DNA of 64,000 nt from Chrysomallon squamiferum (taxonomy: Eukaryota; Animalia; Mollusca), in assembly GCA_012295275.1 (NCBI GenBank), contig CM022675.1, forward strand, positions 16,554,001-16,618,000. The letters are read 5' to 3'. This document shows positions 33,501 to 46,884 of this stretch, piece by piece (within the stretch, counting starts at the first letter, position 1; each line of letters starts with the position of its first letter). A model generated the notes under the pieces. The model saw only the letters and a program-made list of their open reading frames with translations. It did not search any database and had not been told where the DNA came from. The position numbers and the translations under genes were made by a program.

Positions 33501-36500
33501 TACAGTAAATATGGGTTGATGAAAATGATTAAAATAAAAGTTATAATTTTAAAATCCATATTTCATTTCTTTCTTTTACAATGGGTCATAAAGATGCTTA
33601 TGTAATAAACCTAACAATGTCAGATGAACTGAAAATGTCTTAATAAACTAAATAACTAAAAATATAATATGATTAAATGAACTATTGCTTGCAAACAGAT
33701 GAATAACAGCATTTCCAAGAACTAATATTTCAGTTTACTTTGAACTGATTGAACAAATGTTTAATGCTATGTTAATTATACTTTAATCTTTATTATTTAC
33801 TTTAATCTGTAAACAAGTGCAAAAGTTATTCACAACAGGAAAGTTACCTAATTCATGTTTTTCTACTTGTATTTCTTGAAGAAGTATTTTTAAAGCTGCA
33901 GCATCTGCATGACCATTTGCTATTTCACAAGGAGCTAAAAAACAAACACATTAAACTAACATACACTTTTAACATCAATTCATTTGCTATTTCACAAGGA
34001 GCTAAAAAAACAAACACATTAAACTAACATACACTTTTAACATCAATTCATTTGCTATTTCACAAGGAGCTAAAAAACAAACACATTAAACTAATATACA
34101 CTTTTAACATCAATTCATTTGCTATTTCACAAGGAGCTAAAAAACAAACACATTAAACTAACATACACTTTTAACATCAATTCATTTGCTATTTCACAAG
34201 GAGCTAAAAAACAAACACATTAAACTAACATACACTTTTAACATCAATTCATTTGCTATTTTTAAAAACAAACATCAACTTTTAACATCAATTCATTTGC
34301 TATTTCACAAGGAGCTAAAAAACAAACACATTAAACTAATATACACTTTTAACATCAATTCATTTGCTATTTCACAAGGAGCTATAAAAAAAAAATACAT
34401 TAAACTAACATACACTTTTAATATCAATTCATTTGCTATTTCACAAGCAGCTGTTAATTGTTAAAACAATTTTTTTATAAAAATAAACATATAGCCATTC
34501 TTTTGTTATTTTACAAGGAGCTGTACAGAGAACCATTGTTTCCAGTGAAAACAGAAATAATTTTAATTTTGTTATTTAATCAGATTATCTGTTAAACAAT
34601 ACAAAACTAAACTTTAAAAACATTCTCAGATTATCTCATCAAATTAGACAGAAATAATCCTTAAACATATCTGAAATATCTGTAAATTAGGAAACATCAA
34701 AGCAGTACAAAGTTTTCAGCTGCTTATTAAATAGTGACAACATACAGGTTTTAATTCATAACAGCAAGAACAGATTAGTTTCTTAACTGTTTAAAAAGTA
34801 ATTATGCAGTAATTAAATGTGAAATAAAAACTACACAGTGCAAAACAAATTAACTTGTTAAATAAGATACTGTATTATTATGAAGAATTACTCCTTTCAG
34901 TTACCTTTTCCAGTTTCAACACTAAAAAGAAATCTTTGTTTTTTGTTTTTTCATAATCTGATTCTAAACAATTATGATTTATCTTTACTGCATATCCCTA
35001 TACTTCACACAAATAATTCTCTTATCCATCATACAATAAGGTAAAAAAAAACAGGACAAAATGCATTTGTCAGTAACATATATCAAAATGTTTTATAGCC
35101 AGAACAATTACAGTTCATCTTACCACTGTTCCCATGTTCAATTTTGCGCATTATATTTTCTTCTTCTAGTTTCACTGTAAAAAGTTCATCTTCGATATCT
35201 CTTAAAAACTGAAATTTGTAATATTTTATGTTAGCCAATATTAGTCTCAAATTTTTTGTCATTTAAAATATTACATTATTATGTAAAAATGTATTTATAT
35301 ACTGTTAAAACAGGATAGTAAACTGATATCAGTGGTTTAGTAAAATGTTAAAGAATTCTTACTTTTGGTTTGACAATTAGCTGTCCCATCACAGTAAACA
35401 TTCTGGCAACACCGACAGGAGTACACACTGAAAACAAAATTACAAGGAAAATACAATCTAATGCAACAGTCATTGTGAAATTATTCCAGGGATTATAAAT
35501 TCGAATGTGTATTTTATTTTTCAAAGAAATAAGTCATATAAAATTATATTTTTGATCATCATCTATATACAAGAACGACACTATAAGATAAACACTAAAT
35601 TTTATCTGTTGGCTTCAATGATAAAACTCATATGACTTGTTTAATGTTTACTTCGAGACCCCCAAAACCCTAAAATCTACATTAATCTATTCACTATTCA
35701 TGAAAGAAGTGATATCCCATAACATAAAGAATGACTATTTAAAAGAGAAAACACCCAGACGATGAATGTAAAGTGTGATATGAAACAACAGAGATTCTGT
35801 TATAACTTTCATACTGTAACCACAAAGACAGTTATTATATGTCCAAAGGAAGCCAAAATTGTGACTGCTACCTAGATACTAAACAGTTAATTATTCTTTA
35901 TATTAATTTTCTTTCTTTAAAATATATTTATATATTATGTCTTTTTGAATAAAATATGAAGTTTATTTAGTATTTTGACTAAGTTTTTATATATATTAAA
36001 ATATTATTGTTCACAGTTATGGACGGAAACCTATCTTCAGCTTTTAAAGATATGGTGGTTCACAGGACATATGCATACATGAAACAAACACATATATATT
36101 TTAATTCACTGAACTACAAAGTACTGCTTTATATATGTAAAATGAATGTAAACTATGTTAGAGGTAACTGAATAAAGTACTTACATAACAGAACAAGAAC
36201 ACCAATAAATGATATACAGGAATACAGGTATGGAAGATAAATATGCCATACAGCTGAAAAAATAAAGCAAAATACATTAACATTCACACACACAAGTCTT
36301 ATTCTTGATAGTTTAACAATAGTAGCAAGTACACAGAAACTGTATTGTGCAATACTGGGGTACACTTTCAAATTATTATTTTACTTGTAACCAAATTTCA
36401 TTACTAATCAAGCATAACAATAAAAACTATATTTTCACCTTTTACAGCTGTCATTATAATGCTGCCATTGATATAAACATAAGCCTACAGCCGTACATAT

Positions 36501-36513
36501 CATATGTATATAA

Positions 36514-36545
<32 letters not shown>

Positions 36546-39500
36546 AAATACACATACATAATATGTACATGTATATAAACACACACACACATGCACACAC
36601 ACACAGAAACACACACATACATAAAAAACTTAACATACAGAACTATATACTTAACTGACCAGACAAAGTCTGTTTGCTGTGTTGATCATCGCTGAGTAAT
36701 GCACTAGCCACCCAGGCTAAACCTAGAACTAATACTGCTAGTAAAAACAAAACTACCGCTGTCTCTTTCACTCTCGCCATTATTCCCTGAAAGCAGTCAG
36801 AAAAACCAGTCAGCATTTCATGAATAGAGACACACAGTAATCACTATATTTCATAAAAACAAACAGAAAACTAAACATTATTCCCTGAATATAATATATA
36901 TATATATAAAATACTGAATTTCTTATACAGAAGTAATTATTTCACAAAACATCATAACTAGTCATTATTTGTAAAAATGTTTCACATCATAGAAACTGGG
37001 TAACATTTGAATGATAAAATACAAAAATATCTAGAACAAGGATAATAAATAAAAGAGAAATATCAAAACACTGAGATCATTATTTATATCTATTTCAAAA
37101 ACAGATACTTACCTTTTTCGATCCCGAAAAACCTTCTGACTCGGTGAAGAAAAAAGCAAATGGCATGAGAATAAAGAGAGCCAGATTTGAAAAAAGAAAA
37201 ATCTGATTCCACAAACCTACAAACAGAACAAAAAAAATCTCTATAAATAAAGAGTTCACCTAAAGTTAACTAAAACACAGTATAACTAAATTTGTATGAG
37301 AGAACTGTTTAACTAAAACACAGTATAACTAAATTTGTATGAGAGAACTGTTAACTAAAACACAGTATAACTAAATTTGTATGAGAGAACTGTTTAACTA
37401 AAACACAGTATAACTAACTTTGTATGAGAGAACTGTTTAACTAAAACACAGCATAACTAAATTTGTATGAGAGAACTGTTTAACTAAAACACAGCATAAC
37501 TAAATTTGTATGACAGAACTGTTTAACTAGTACAGTTTAACTAACTTTGTATGAGAGAAATGTTTAACTAAAACACAGAAAAACTAATTTTGTATGTGAG
37601 AAATGATTAACTAACTTTGTATAAGAGAAATGTTTAGCTAAAACAGTATAACTAACTTTGAATGAGAGAAATGTTTAACTAAAACATAGTATAACAAACT
37701 CTGAATGAGAACTGTTCAACTAAAATAGAGTAACTATGTTTGTATCAGAGAACTGTTTAACCAAAACATGAAATAACTAACTTTGTATGAGAGAATTGTT
37801 TAACTAGTACACAGTATAACTAACTTTGTATGAGTGAACTGATTAACTAACTTTGTATGAGAGAAATGTTTAACTAAAATACAGTATAAGTTTGTATGAG
37901 CGAACTGTTTAACTAAAACACAGTATAACTAACTTTGTATGAGAGAACTGTTTAACTAAAACACAGTATAACTAACTTTGTATGAGAGAACTGTTTAACT
38001 AAAACACAGTATAACTGTATGAGTGAACTGATTAACTAAAACACAGTATAACTAACTTTGTATGAGAGAACTGTTTAACTAAAACAGTATAACTGTATGA
38101 GTGAACTGTTTAACTAAAACACAGTATAACTTTGTATGAGAGAACTGTTGAACTAAAACACAGTATAACTGTATGAGTGAACTGATTAACTAAAACACAG
38201 TATAACTGTATGAGTGAACTGATTAACTAAAACACAGTATAACTGTATGAGTGAACTGATTAACTAAAACACAGTATAACTAACTTTGTATGAGAGAACT
38301 GTTTGACTATAACACATAATAATTAACTTTGTATGTGACAAATGATTAACTAACTTTGTATGAGAGAACTGTTTGACTAAAACACATAACTAACTTTGTA
38401 TGACAAATGTTTAACAAAATGATTAAATAACTTTGTATGGCAGAACTGTTTAACTAAAACACACAATAACTAACTTTGAGAGAAATATTTAATTAACTTT
38501 GTATCACAGAACTGTTTAACTAAAACACACTATAACTAACTTTGTATGAGAGAACTCTTTAACTAAAATATAGAATAAGTAACTTTCTATGAGAGAACTG
38601 TTCAACTAAACAATATAAGTAACTTTCTATGAGAGGACTATTTAATTAAAAAACAGAAAATTAACTTTCTGCCGGAGAACTGTTTAACTAAAACAGAGTA
38701 AGTAACATTGTCTGAGAGAACTGTTTAACTAAAACACAGTAGAACTAACTTTGTATGAGAGAAATGTTTAACTAAAATAGTAAAACAAACTTTGAATGTG
38801 AGAACTGTTTAACTAAAACAGTGAAACTAACTTGTATGAGAGAGCCATTCAACTAAAACACAGAATAACTAACTTTGTATTAAAGAAGTTTAACTTAAAC
38901 AAGAATAACTAACCTTCTATGACAGAACTGTTTAACTAAAACACAGAATAACTAACTTTGTACAAAAGAAATGTTTAACTAACTTTGTATGAGAGAACTG
39001 TTTAACTATAAAACAGTATAAGTAATGTTTAATCAAAGAAGTGTTTAACTAAAACATGGAATAACTAACTTTCCATGAGAGAACTAGTATACAATATAAC
39101 TAATTTTGTATTAGATAACTAACTAAAGCAGAATACAACTTTGTATGACATAATTGTTTAAAACTCAGAATAACTAACTTTCCATGAGAGAACTAGTATA
39201 CAGTATAACTAACTTTGTATTAGATAACTAACTAAAGCAGAATACAGCTTTGTATGACATAATTGTTTAAAACACAGAATAACTAACTTTCTACGAGAGA
39301 AATGTTCAACTAACTTTGTATCAGAGAAGTTTAACTAAAACAAGAATAACTAACCTTCTATGACAGAACTGTTTTAACTAAAACACAGAATAACTTTGAA
39401 CAAAAGAAATGTTTAACTTTCTATAACAGAACTGTTGAACTAAAACACAGTATAATTAACTTTGTATGAGTGAAATGTTTAACTAACTTTGTATGAGAGA

Positions 39501-42500
39501 ACCATTTAACTATAAAAGAGTATAAGTAATGTTTAATCAGAGAAGTGTTTAACTAAAACATGGAATAACTAACTTTCCATGAGAGAACTAGTATACAGTA
39601 TAACTAATTTTGTATTAGATAACTAACTAAAGCAGAATACAACTTTGTATGACATAATTGTTTAAAACTCAGAATAACTAACTTTCCATGAGAGAACTAG
39701 TATACAGTATAACTAACTTTGTATTAGATAACTAACTAAAGCAGAATACAGCTTTGTATGACATAATTGTTTAAAACACAGAATAACTAACTTTCTACGA
39801 GAGAAATGTTCAACTAACTTTGTATCAGAGAAGTTTAACTAAAACAAGAATAACTAACCTTCTATGACAGAACTGTTTTAACTAAAACACAGAATAACTT
39901 TGTACAAAAGAAATGTTTAACTTTCTATAACAGAACTGTTGAACTAAAACACAGTATAATTAACTTTGTATGAGTGAAATGTTTAACTAACTTTGTATGA
40001 GAGAACCATTTAACTATAAAAGAGTATAAGTAATGTTTAATCAGAGAAGTGTTTAACTAAAACATGGAATAACTAACTTTCCATGAGAGAACTAGTATAC
40101 AGTATAACTAACTTTGTATTAGATAACTAACTAAAGCAGAATACAACTTTGTATGACATAATTGTTTAAAACTCAGAATAACTAACTTTCTAAGAGAGAA
40201 ATGTTCAACTAACTTGTATGAGATAACTGTCTAACTAAAACATGTAATAACTTTATATGAGAGAACTGTTTAACTAAAACACAGAATAACTAACTTTGTA
40301 TCAAAGAACTTTTTAACTAAAAGACAGTATAACTAACAGTATTACTAACATTGTATGAGAAATGTTTAACTAACTTTCTGAGAGAACTGTTTTAATAAAA
40401 CAATATAACTAACTTTGTATGAGAGAACTGTTTTACTAAAACAGTAAAATAAACTTTGTATGATAGAACTGTTTAACTAAAGCATAGTATAACTTTGTAT
40501 GAGAGAATTGTTGAAGTAGTTCACAGTATAACTTTGTATGAGATAACTAACTAAAACATAGTATAACAAACTCTGAATGAGAACTGTTCAACTAAAATAG
40601 TGTAACTATGTTTGTATCAGAGAACTGTTTAACCAAAACATGAAATAACTAACTTTGTATGAGAGAATTGTTTAACTAGTACACAGCATAACTAACTTTT
40701 TATCATAGAAATTTTAATTGAAACACAGTATACCTGTCTCAGAGAAATGTTTAAGTAAAACACACTATAAATAACTTTGTATCACACAAACTGTTTAAAA
40801 CACTGAATAACTAACTTTCTATGAGAGAAATATTTAACTAAAACACAGAATAACTAACTTTCAAGAGAAATGTTTAATTTTGTATGAGTGAAATGTTTAA
40901 CTAAAACACAGTATAACTGTATGAGAGAACTTTTAAACTAAAACAGTGTAACTAACTTTGTATGAGAGAAGTTTAACTAAAATAGTGCAACTAACTTTTT
41001 ATCAGAGGACTGTTTAACGAAAACATGGAATAACTAACTTTTTTTCAGAGAACTGTTTAAGTAGTTCACAATATAACTAATTTTGTATGACAGAATTGTT
41101 TAAGTAAAAACCAGAATTACTAACTTAGTACAAAAGAAATGTTTAACTAACTCTGTGTAATACAACTGTTTAACTAAAACAATATAAATAACTCTGAGAG
41201 AACTATTTAACTAAAACAGTAAACAAACTTTGAATGAGAGAACTCTTTAATAAAACACTGCAACTAACTTTCTATGAAAGAACTGTTTAACTAAAACACA
41301 GAATAACTAACTTTGTATGAGAGAAATGTTTGACTACAACAGACAATAGCTAACTTTGTATGAGACAACTGTTTAAGTAAAACACAGCATAACTAAGTTT
41401 GTATGAGAGAACTGTTTAACTAAAACACAGAAGAACTAACTTTGTATGAGAGAACTGTTGAACTAACTTTGTATGAGAGAACTTTTTGACTAAAACACAG
41501 AATAACTATCTTAGTATGAGAGAACTGTTTAAATAAACCACAGAATAACCAACTGTGTATGAGAGAACTGTTTAACTAAAACTCAGTATAACTAACTTTG
41601 TATATGACAACTGTTTAACTTTGTATGAGAGAAATGTTTAACTAAAAGACAGAATAACTTTTTATGAGAGAATGTATAACTAAAACACATTATAAGTAAC
41701 TTTGTATGAGAGAAATGTTTGACTAAAACACAGAATAGCTAACTTTGTATGAGAGAACTGTTTAAAACATAGAATAACTAACTTCCTATGAGACAAATGT
41801 TTCAGGAAAACACAGTATAACTTTGTATGAGAGAATTGTTTACCTAGAACATAGAATAGCTAATTTTGTATGAGAGATCTGTTTAACTAAAACATAGAAT
41901 AACTAACTTTGTATGAGAGATATGTTTGAGCAAAACAGTATAACTCTGTATGAGAAAACTGTTAATTAAAACACAGTAGAACTAACTTTGTATCTGTGAA
42001 ATGTTTAGCTAACTTTGTATCAGAGAACTGTTTAACTAGAACATAGTATAATTAACTATGTATCAGGGAACTGTTTAACTAGAACATAGTATAACTAACT
42101 TTGTATGAGAGAACTGTTACTAAAACTCACAATAACTATCTTAGTATGAAACAACTGTTTAATTAAAACTCAGTATAACTAACTTTGAATGTGAGAACTG
42201 TTTAACTGAGTTTGTATGAGAGGAAAGTTTATATAAAACATAGAATAACTAACTTTGTATGAGAGAAATGTTTTACTTAAAAACAGTATATCATTGGATG
42301 AGAACTGTTTAACTAAAAGACAGAATAACTAACTTTGTATGAGAAAAATGTTTAACTCAAACACATTATAATTAACTGTATCAGAGAACAGTTTAACTAA
42401 AACACAGAATAACTATCATAGAGAGAACTGTTTAATTAAAACTCAGTATAACTAACTTTATATGTGAGAACTGTTTAACTAAAACACAGAATAACCAACT

Positions 42501-45500
42501 CTGTATGAGAGAAATGTTTGACTAAAACAGAGAATAGCTAACTTTGTATGAGAGAACTGTTTAACAAAAACACAGTAGAACTAACTTTGTATGTGACAAC
42601 TGTTTAATTGAAAACTCAGTATAATGAAGTTTGTATTTGACAACTGTTTAACTAACTTTGTGCAAGAGAACTTTTTCACTAAAACAGAGAATAACTATCT
42701 TAGTATGAGAGAAGTAACTTTGTACGTGAGAAATGTTTAACTAACTTTATATGAGACAACTGTTTAAGTAAAGACAGTATAACTAATTTTGTATGACAGA
42801 AATGTTTAATTAGAACATAGTATAACTAAATTTGTATGAGAGAAGTGTTTAACTTTATATGAGACAACTGTTTAAGTAAAGACAGTAAAACTAACTTTGT
42901 ATGAGAGAAGTGTTTGACTAAAACACAGTATAACTTTCTATGAGAGAACTGTTTAACTAAAAGACAGAATAACTAAGTTTGTATGAGAGAAATGTTTAGC
43001 TAAAACACAGTATAAGAAACTGTATGAGAGAACTGTATGACTAAAACAGAGAATAGCTAACTTTGTATGAGAGAACTGTTTAACTAAAACACAGTATACC
43101 TAACTTTGTATGAGAGAACTGTTTAACTAAAACACAGACAGAATATCTTAGTATGAGAGAACTGTTTAATTAAAACACAGTAGAACTAACTTTGTATGAG
43201 AGAACTGTTTAACTAACTTTGTATGAGAGAAATGTTTAACTAACTTTGTATGAGAGAACTGTTTAATTAACTTTGTATGAGAGAACTGTTTAACTAACTT
43301 TGTATGAGAGAACTGTTTAACCACTGGACATAGTAGCTGTCAGGGTAGAGGTGAAGAACTTCGTTGCTCACTATTGATATTGGAAGCAGCAGGACGGCAC
43401 CAGCAGCAAATGACAAAGTAAACGTGCACAGCCACAATCTGACGAGAACACAAAACAAACAAACAATATAATGTACTTAAATATTTGTGATGGTGTACAG
43501 AAAAACTGAATATGAGGAAATTTCTATCAACTGAGGTTTTATTTGTTAATTATATATAGAGGGACAAAAAAAGAGACTGAACAAAAATGAAAGAAACATA
43601 TTGCACATATATTTATTAGTTTTGATTGTATACAAAATTGAAATAAGGTAATCAATTCTAGTCATTTTATTAAAAAAAAGGAGGATTAAGTTTTTGGGTT
43701 TTCATTTTTATATATTCTCAAAATAAGAATTTTTTTTTCCCATTTTATTTTCATAACTACACACAGGATATCTATACATATTTATATATCTTTTTTATTA
43801 TTATTATTTTTAACACTTTGACATAATAAATCACAGGAATGCAGAATTCCAGTTTGGTAAGTGTCAAGTTTTAACAAGTTTCAGTCTAATTGAAAATAAT
43901 TTTATCAGCAATTAATATTTGATAAATTCAAATTAATTTCTGTATTACTCACGATATTCTGTAAACCACAGCATCATCATCTCCTGCAATAAATTTAAAA
44001 AGAAATTTAACATCGGAGTAATATTGCACACATTGTTATACTGCAGTATAAGACTTCAGTAAGATAAACAAGAAAAAAAAAAGATAATAATAAAAATAAA
44101 TAAATTAAAAATAAAATTATGTTACAAATTTGTTTTTAGAACATAATTATTTTTGAAAATTAAATTATCAATCCGACAGTTTAAATTATTTTGTCTTTTA
44201 ATTTCATTTTCTTTCAGCAAACCTGCTGCAAATGTTCTTATTTAGCAATCATTGTCAACAATTAAAAACAATGTTTAATTTTTTTGAAATAGATAGTTTT
44301 ATTATTAAAAGAAAAAAGAAAGAAAAAAATTATTTTATTTAGACACCATTAACCATACAGATTAGAGAGATGACAAATATCTTAAAACTGCCATAAATTT
44401 TCATAGAAAACCTGTTACCTTCTCTCACCATCCACAAATTATTCTTATATATATCTCCTTCTCAGAATCTTATTAATTAGAAAGATAATTACATGATACG
44501 ACTAGTATGTTTAATGTGTAAAAAAAATTATATTTATTTATATGCTGCCTCAGAAGTATATTTAGCAGAAAGGAAATTTTATACTTGTAAAACAAATGTT
44601 TACAAATAATATTTTAACAGCTTCAAAAAGATAATAATTATTTAATAATTCATTTCTTACAAGATACTATCTCCTATGAATAATTTGTGTGTGTTTTCCC
44701 AAAACTGTATTAAGAAAAGTGATCATTACAGATTAACATAGGTATTTTGGCGAAAAATAAAATTATAGTAAAAATGTATTGTTAACACCTACCAGCATAC
44801 ATTTCTTCAGAGTCAGTTTTTTTACGTATCTGACATATTGTGACATATGACGAAATGTACAACATGAGATAAAGGAGCAGAGTTATCTGAAATATATCAA
44901 ATAAAAAGCATTAATGATTAACAGAAAATGTAACATTTGTAACAACCAGTAATTTGTATTTAAATAAATAATAAAATTAAGCAAAAAACATTAACAGAAA
45001 ATATAACATCTAAAATAACATTTTGTTTCTAAATATAAAAATAACAATAATAAATAATAAACATTAACTGAAAATATAACCAGTGATCTAGAATCTGTAT
45101 CTAAATAAAATAATAATAAAATTAAATAACAAATATTATCTAAAAACATATTTTTGTTTTATCTTAACCGTTAATCTAAATATATTTTAAATAAATAAAT
45201 AACAAATATTAATTGGAAAATGTAACTTATATAACATCTTTACTTTCTGTTTAAATTTTAATATTAAAATGTAATAACAATCATTAATTCAAAATATATA
45301 TCTCAATAAAATAATAACAAAATGAAATTTAAAAAATCACTGAAGATACATCTGTTTTACCAAGATGTATTTCTAATAATAATGAAAATAATAATAGTAA
45401 TTAAAAAATATAATATCATTATTAATTCTTGGTAATTTGGTGTTAATACTATTATGTTAAAAATTCCTGAGGTACCAATAATTTATTCAAATTATCAGCT

Positions 45501-46302
45501 TGTATATATAATTTGAATATGATAGTAACATTGCTGTATTGCTACATGTCAATTCCTATGAAAACACTATGTCAGTGAGTGAACTAACTGGAAGATAGGA
45601 TTATATGACAGTTCATGGTTGACCTATTGCTAAGAATCAGACTGCCTGGGTTTGGTAAATTTCACCTTGTGTGCATTTGTGTTAACAAGAATGATATATA
45701 ATCTCCTAAACAAACAATAAAAGTGGATGCAAAAGCTGTTCTGTTTATATAACTCTGGTATATATAATAAATGCGTAATACTACACTTTCTTAATTTAAA
45801 ATTTATAAATGTATGCTTAATTACAACACTCAACAGCCATATCCTTTTTAAGACAATGATTTCAAAAATGCATGATCTACAATTGTATAAAATATAGTAC
45901 ACAGGAATAATGATAAATATTTTAAAATATTTAAATATATATACTACAATATTTAATATTATAATATATATAATATATATAACAATATATACAGTCTATA
46001 GGCTGTGATCATGATCATGATGACGATGGTGATGGTGAATACCATCATTACTTTATTATTATTCGCTGCTTTTCAAAGTATAAACAAAAAATAACTTGCT
46101 AACTGATAACGATTTGTAAGCCAAACAACAATGTTACAATAAAAGCGGGCAGTGTGACACTGAATGAATGATCATTAGTAATTTCGATATTTGCTAAATA
46201 AAAATGAGTCACTAACAAAAAAAACCTAAAACGTACGATGTATTCTCGCACAGCATTGTGGAAAACCTGCTCCTGCAGCGATAAATCTATGTTTTCTTCC
46301 AT
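30542..46302 (-). CDS. LMBR1: Limb region 1 (LMBR1/LMBR1L/Lilipod family) multipass membrane protein
   Basis: 15 exons in consistent phase: 46302-46237, 44886-44793, 43983-43953, 43438-43299, 37216-37113, 36786-36660, 36253-36185, 35427-35363, 35208-35124, 33934-33848, 33209-33133, 32771-32694, 31565-31492, 31214-31057, 30783-30542. Motifs EQVFHNAVRE, GAVLLLPISIVSNEVL..YP.SYY.QWLNSSLI, LMPFAFFFTESEGF, YLPYLYSCIS, CTPVG, IIGNC..LLVLSSALP..S.TLGIT.FDL.G.FG..WLGNFYI. Confidence 0.97.
31215..31491 (-). other. U12-type (minor spliceosome) GT-AG intron in LMBR1
   Basis: Donor |GTATCCTTCT; branch site TTTCCTTGAC 9 nt before the intron end with no polypyrimidine tract; splicing restores ...ILLIL-YLMSASVVGFY. 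Confidence 0.9.
31528..32520 (-). repeat. 46-bp (distally 42-44 bp) tandem array of LMBR1 exon-13 splice acceptor plus exon start, ~20 units
   Basis: Unit on minus strand TAATTTCAG|GATACAGTTTTAGGCATTTCATCACTGTCTATGTTTG; the terminal unit is the real acceptor and first 37 coding nt. Confidence 0.95.
33914..34522 (-). repeat. 67-bp tandem array of LMBR1 exon-10 splice acceptor plus exon start, ~8 units
   Basis: Unit on minus strand AATTGATGTTAAAAGTGTATGTTAGTTTAATGTGTTTGTTTTTTAG|CTCCTTGTGAAATAGCAAATG; period 33914 to 33981. Confidence 0.95.
36505..36620. repeat. Interrupted (AC)n microsatellite
   Basis: Directly visible. Confidence 0.9.
37265..43320 (-). repeat. ~6-kb satellite-like array (27-bp and ~43-bp units) built from the LMBR1 exon-4 3' end plus splice donor
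   Basis: Minus-strand unit TTAAACAGTTCTCTCATACAAA|GTTAG(TTATACTGTGTTTTAG). The first unit encodes L-N-S-S-L-I-Q and carries the real donor at 43298. Confidence 0.97.
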
Positions 46303-46394
46303 CTCAGTCGCAGAAAATAAGCAAGAAACACCAACTTCAACTTATCAAGATATTATGATCTTAAAATAACACTTGTGTGTTTCAAGTAGAACTT

Positions 46395-46450
46395 TAATTT
46401 CGCCATTTTATTTGTTATTTTGTTTTTGTAATGTAATTTCCGCCAGAAAT
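46395..46450 (-). promoter_or_regulatory. LMBR1 promoter/leader with YY1-type motif
   Basis: AAAATGGCG on the minus strand at 46409-46401 and TGGCGGAAA near 46440, ~100-140 nt upstream of the ATG. Confidence 0.45.
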
Positions 46451-46884
46451 CATCCGTACAATTCACTGAACGAACGACGAACAAATAAATAATAATAATA
46501 CTCTCGCTTTAAATTATTAATATGGTAAGACCATCACTTTTCGAAAAACATGAAATTTTAAAAAGTATTATTATTTAATTGGTATAGGTCTTGCATGATA
46601 TATTTTTGAGTAAAACGATATTCATCTTGTCGATATTGCATATTCACATGTTCATTAATTATTCAAGTTTTATTGTAAACTTATTATTATCACCATCATT
46701 ATTTTGAACTTAGTCAGATATATATTAAAAATTATCGTTGAAAAGGTTTTTGGTTTTTGTTTGTTTGTTTTTGCTGTTGTCATTGTTTGATTTTAGATGA
46801 TTTAAAGAGGAAAGTTCCTGCTGCTATTCCTTGACCTATTTTGTAAACATGCCTTCTCAGTTATTATTATAGAAATTATTATAC

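Noticed and set aside
37265-43320. CRISPR-like array or transposon
   Set aside because: Units are contiguous with no unique spacers, there are no cas genes, termini or ORFs, and the context is a eukaryotic intron. The same applies to the arrays at 1-619, 31528-32520 and 33914-34522.
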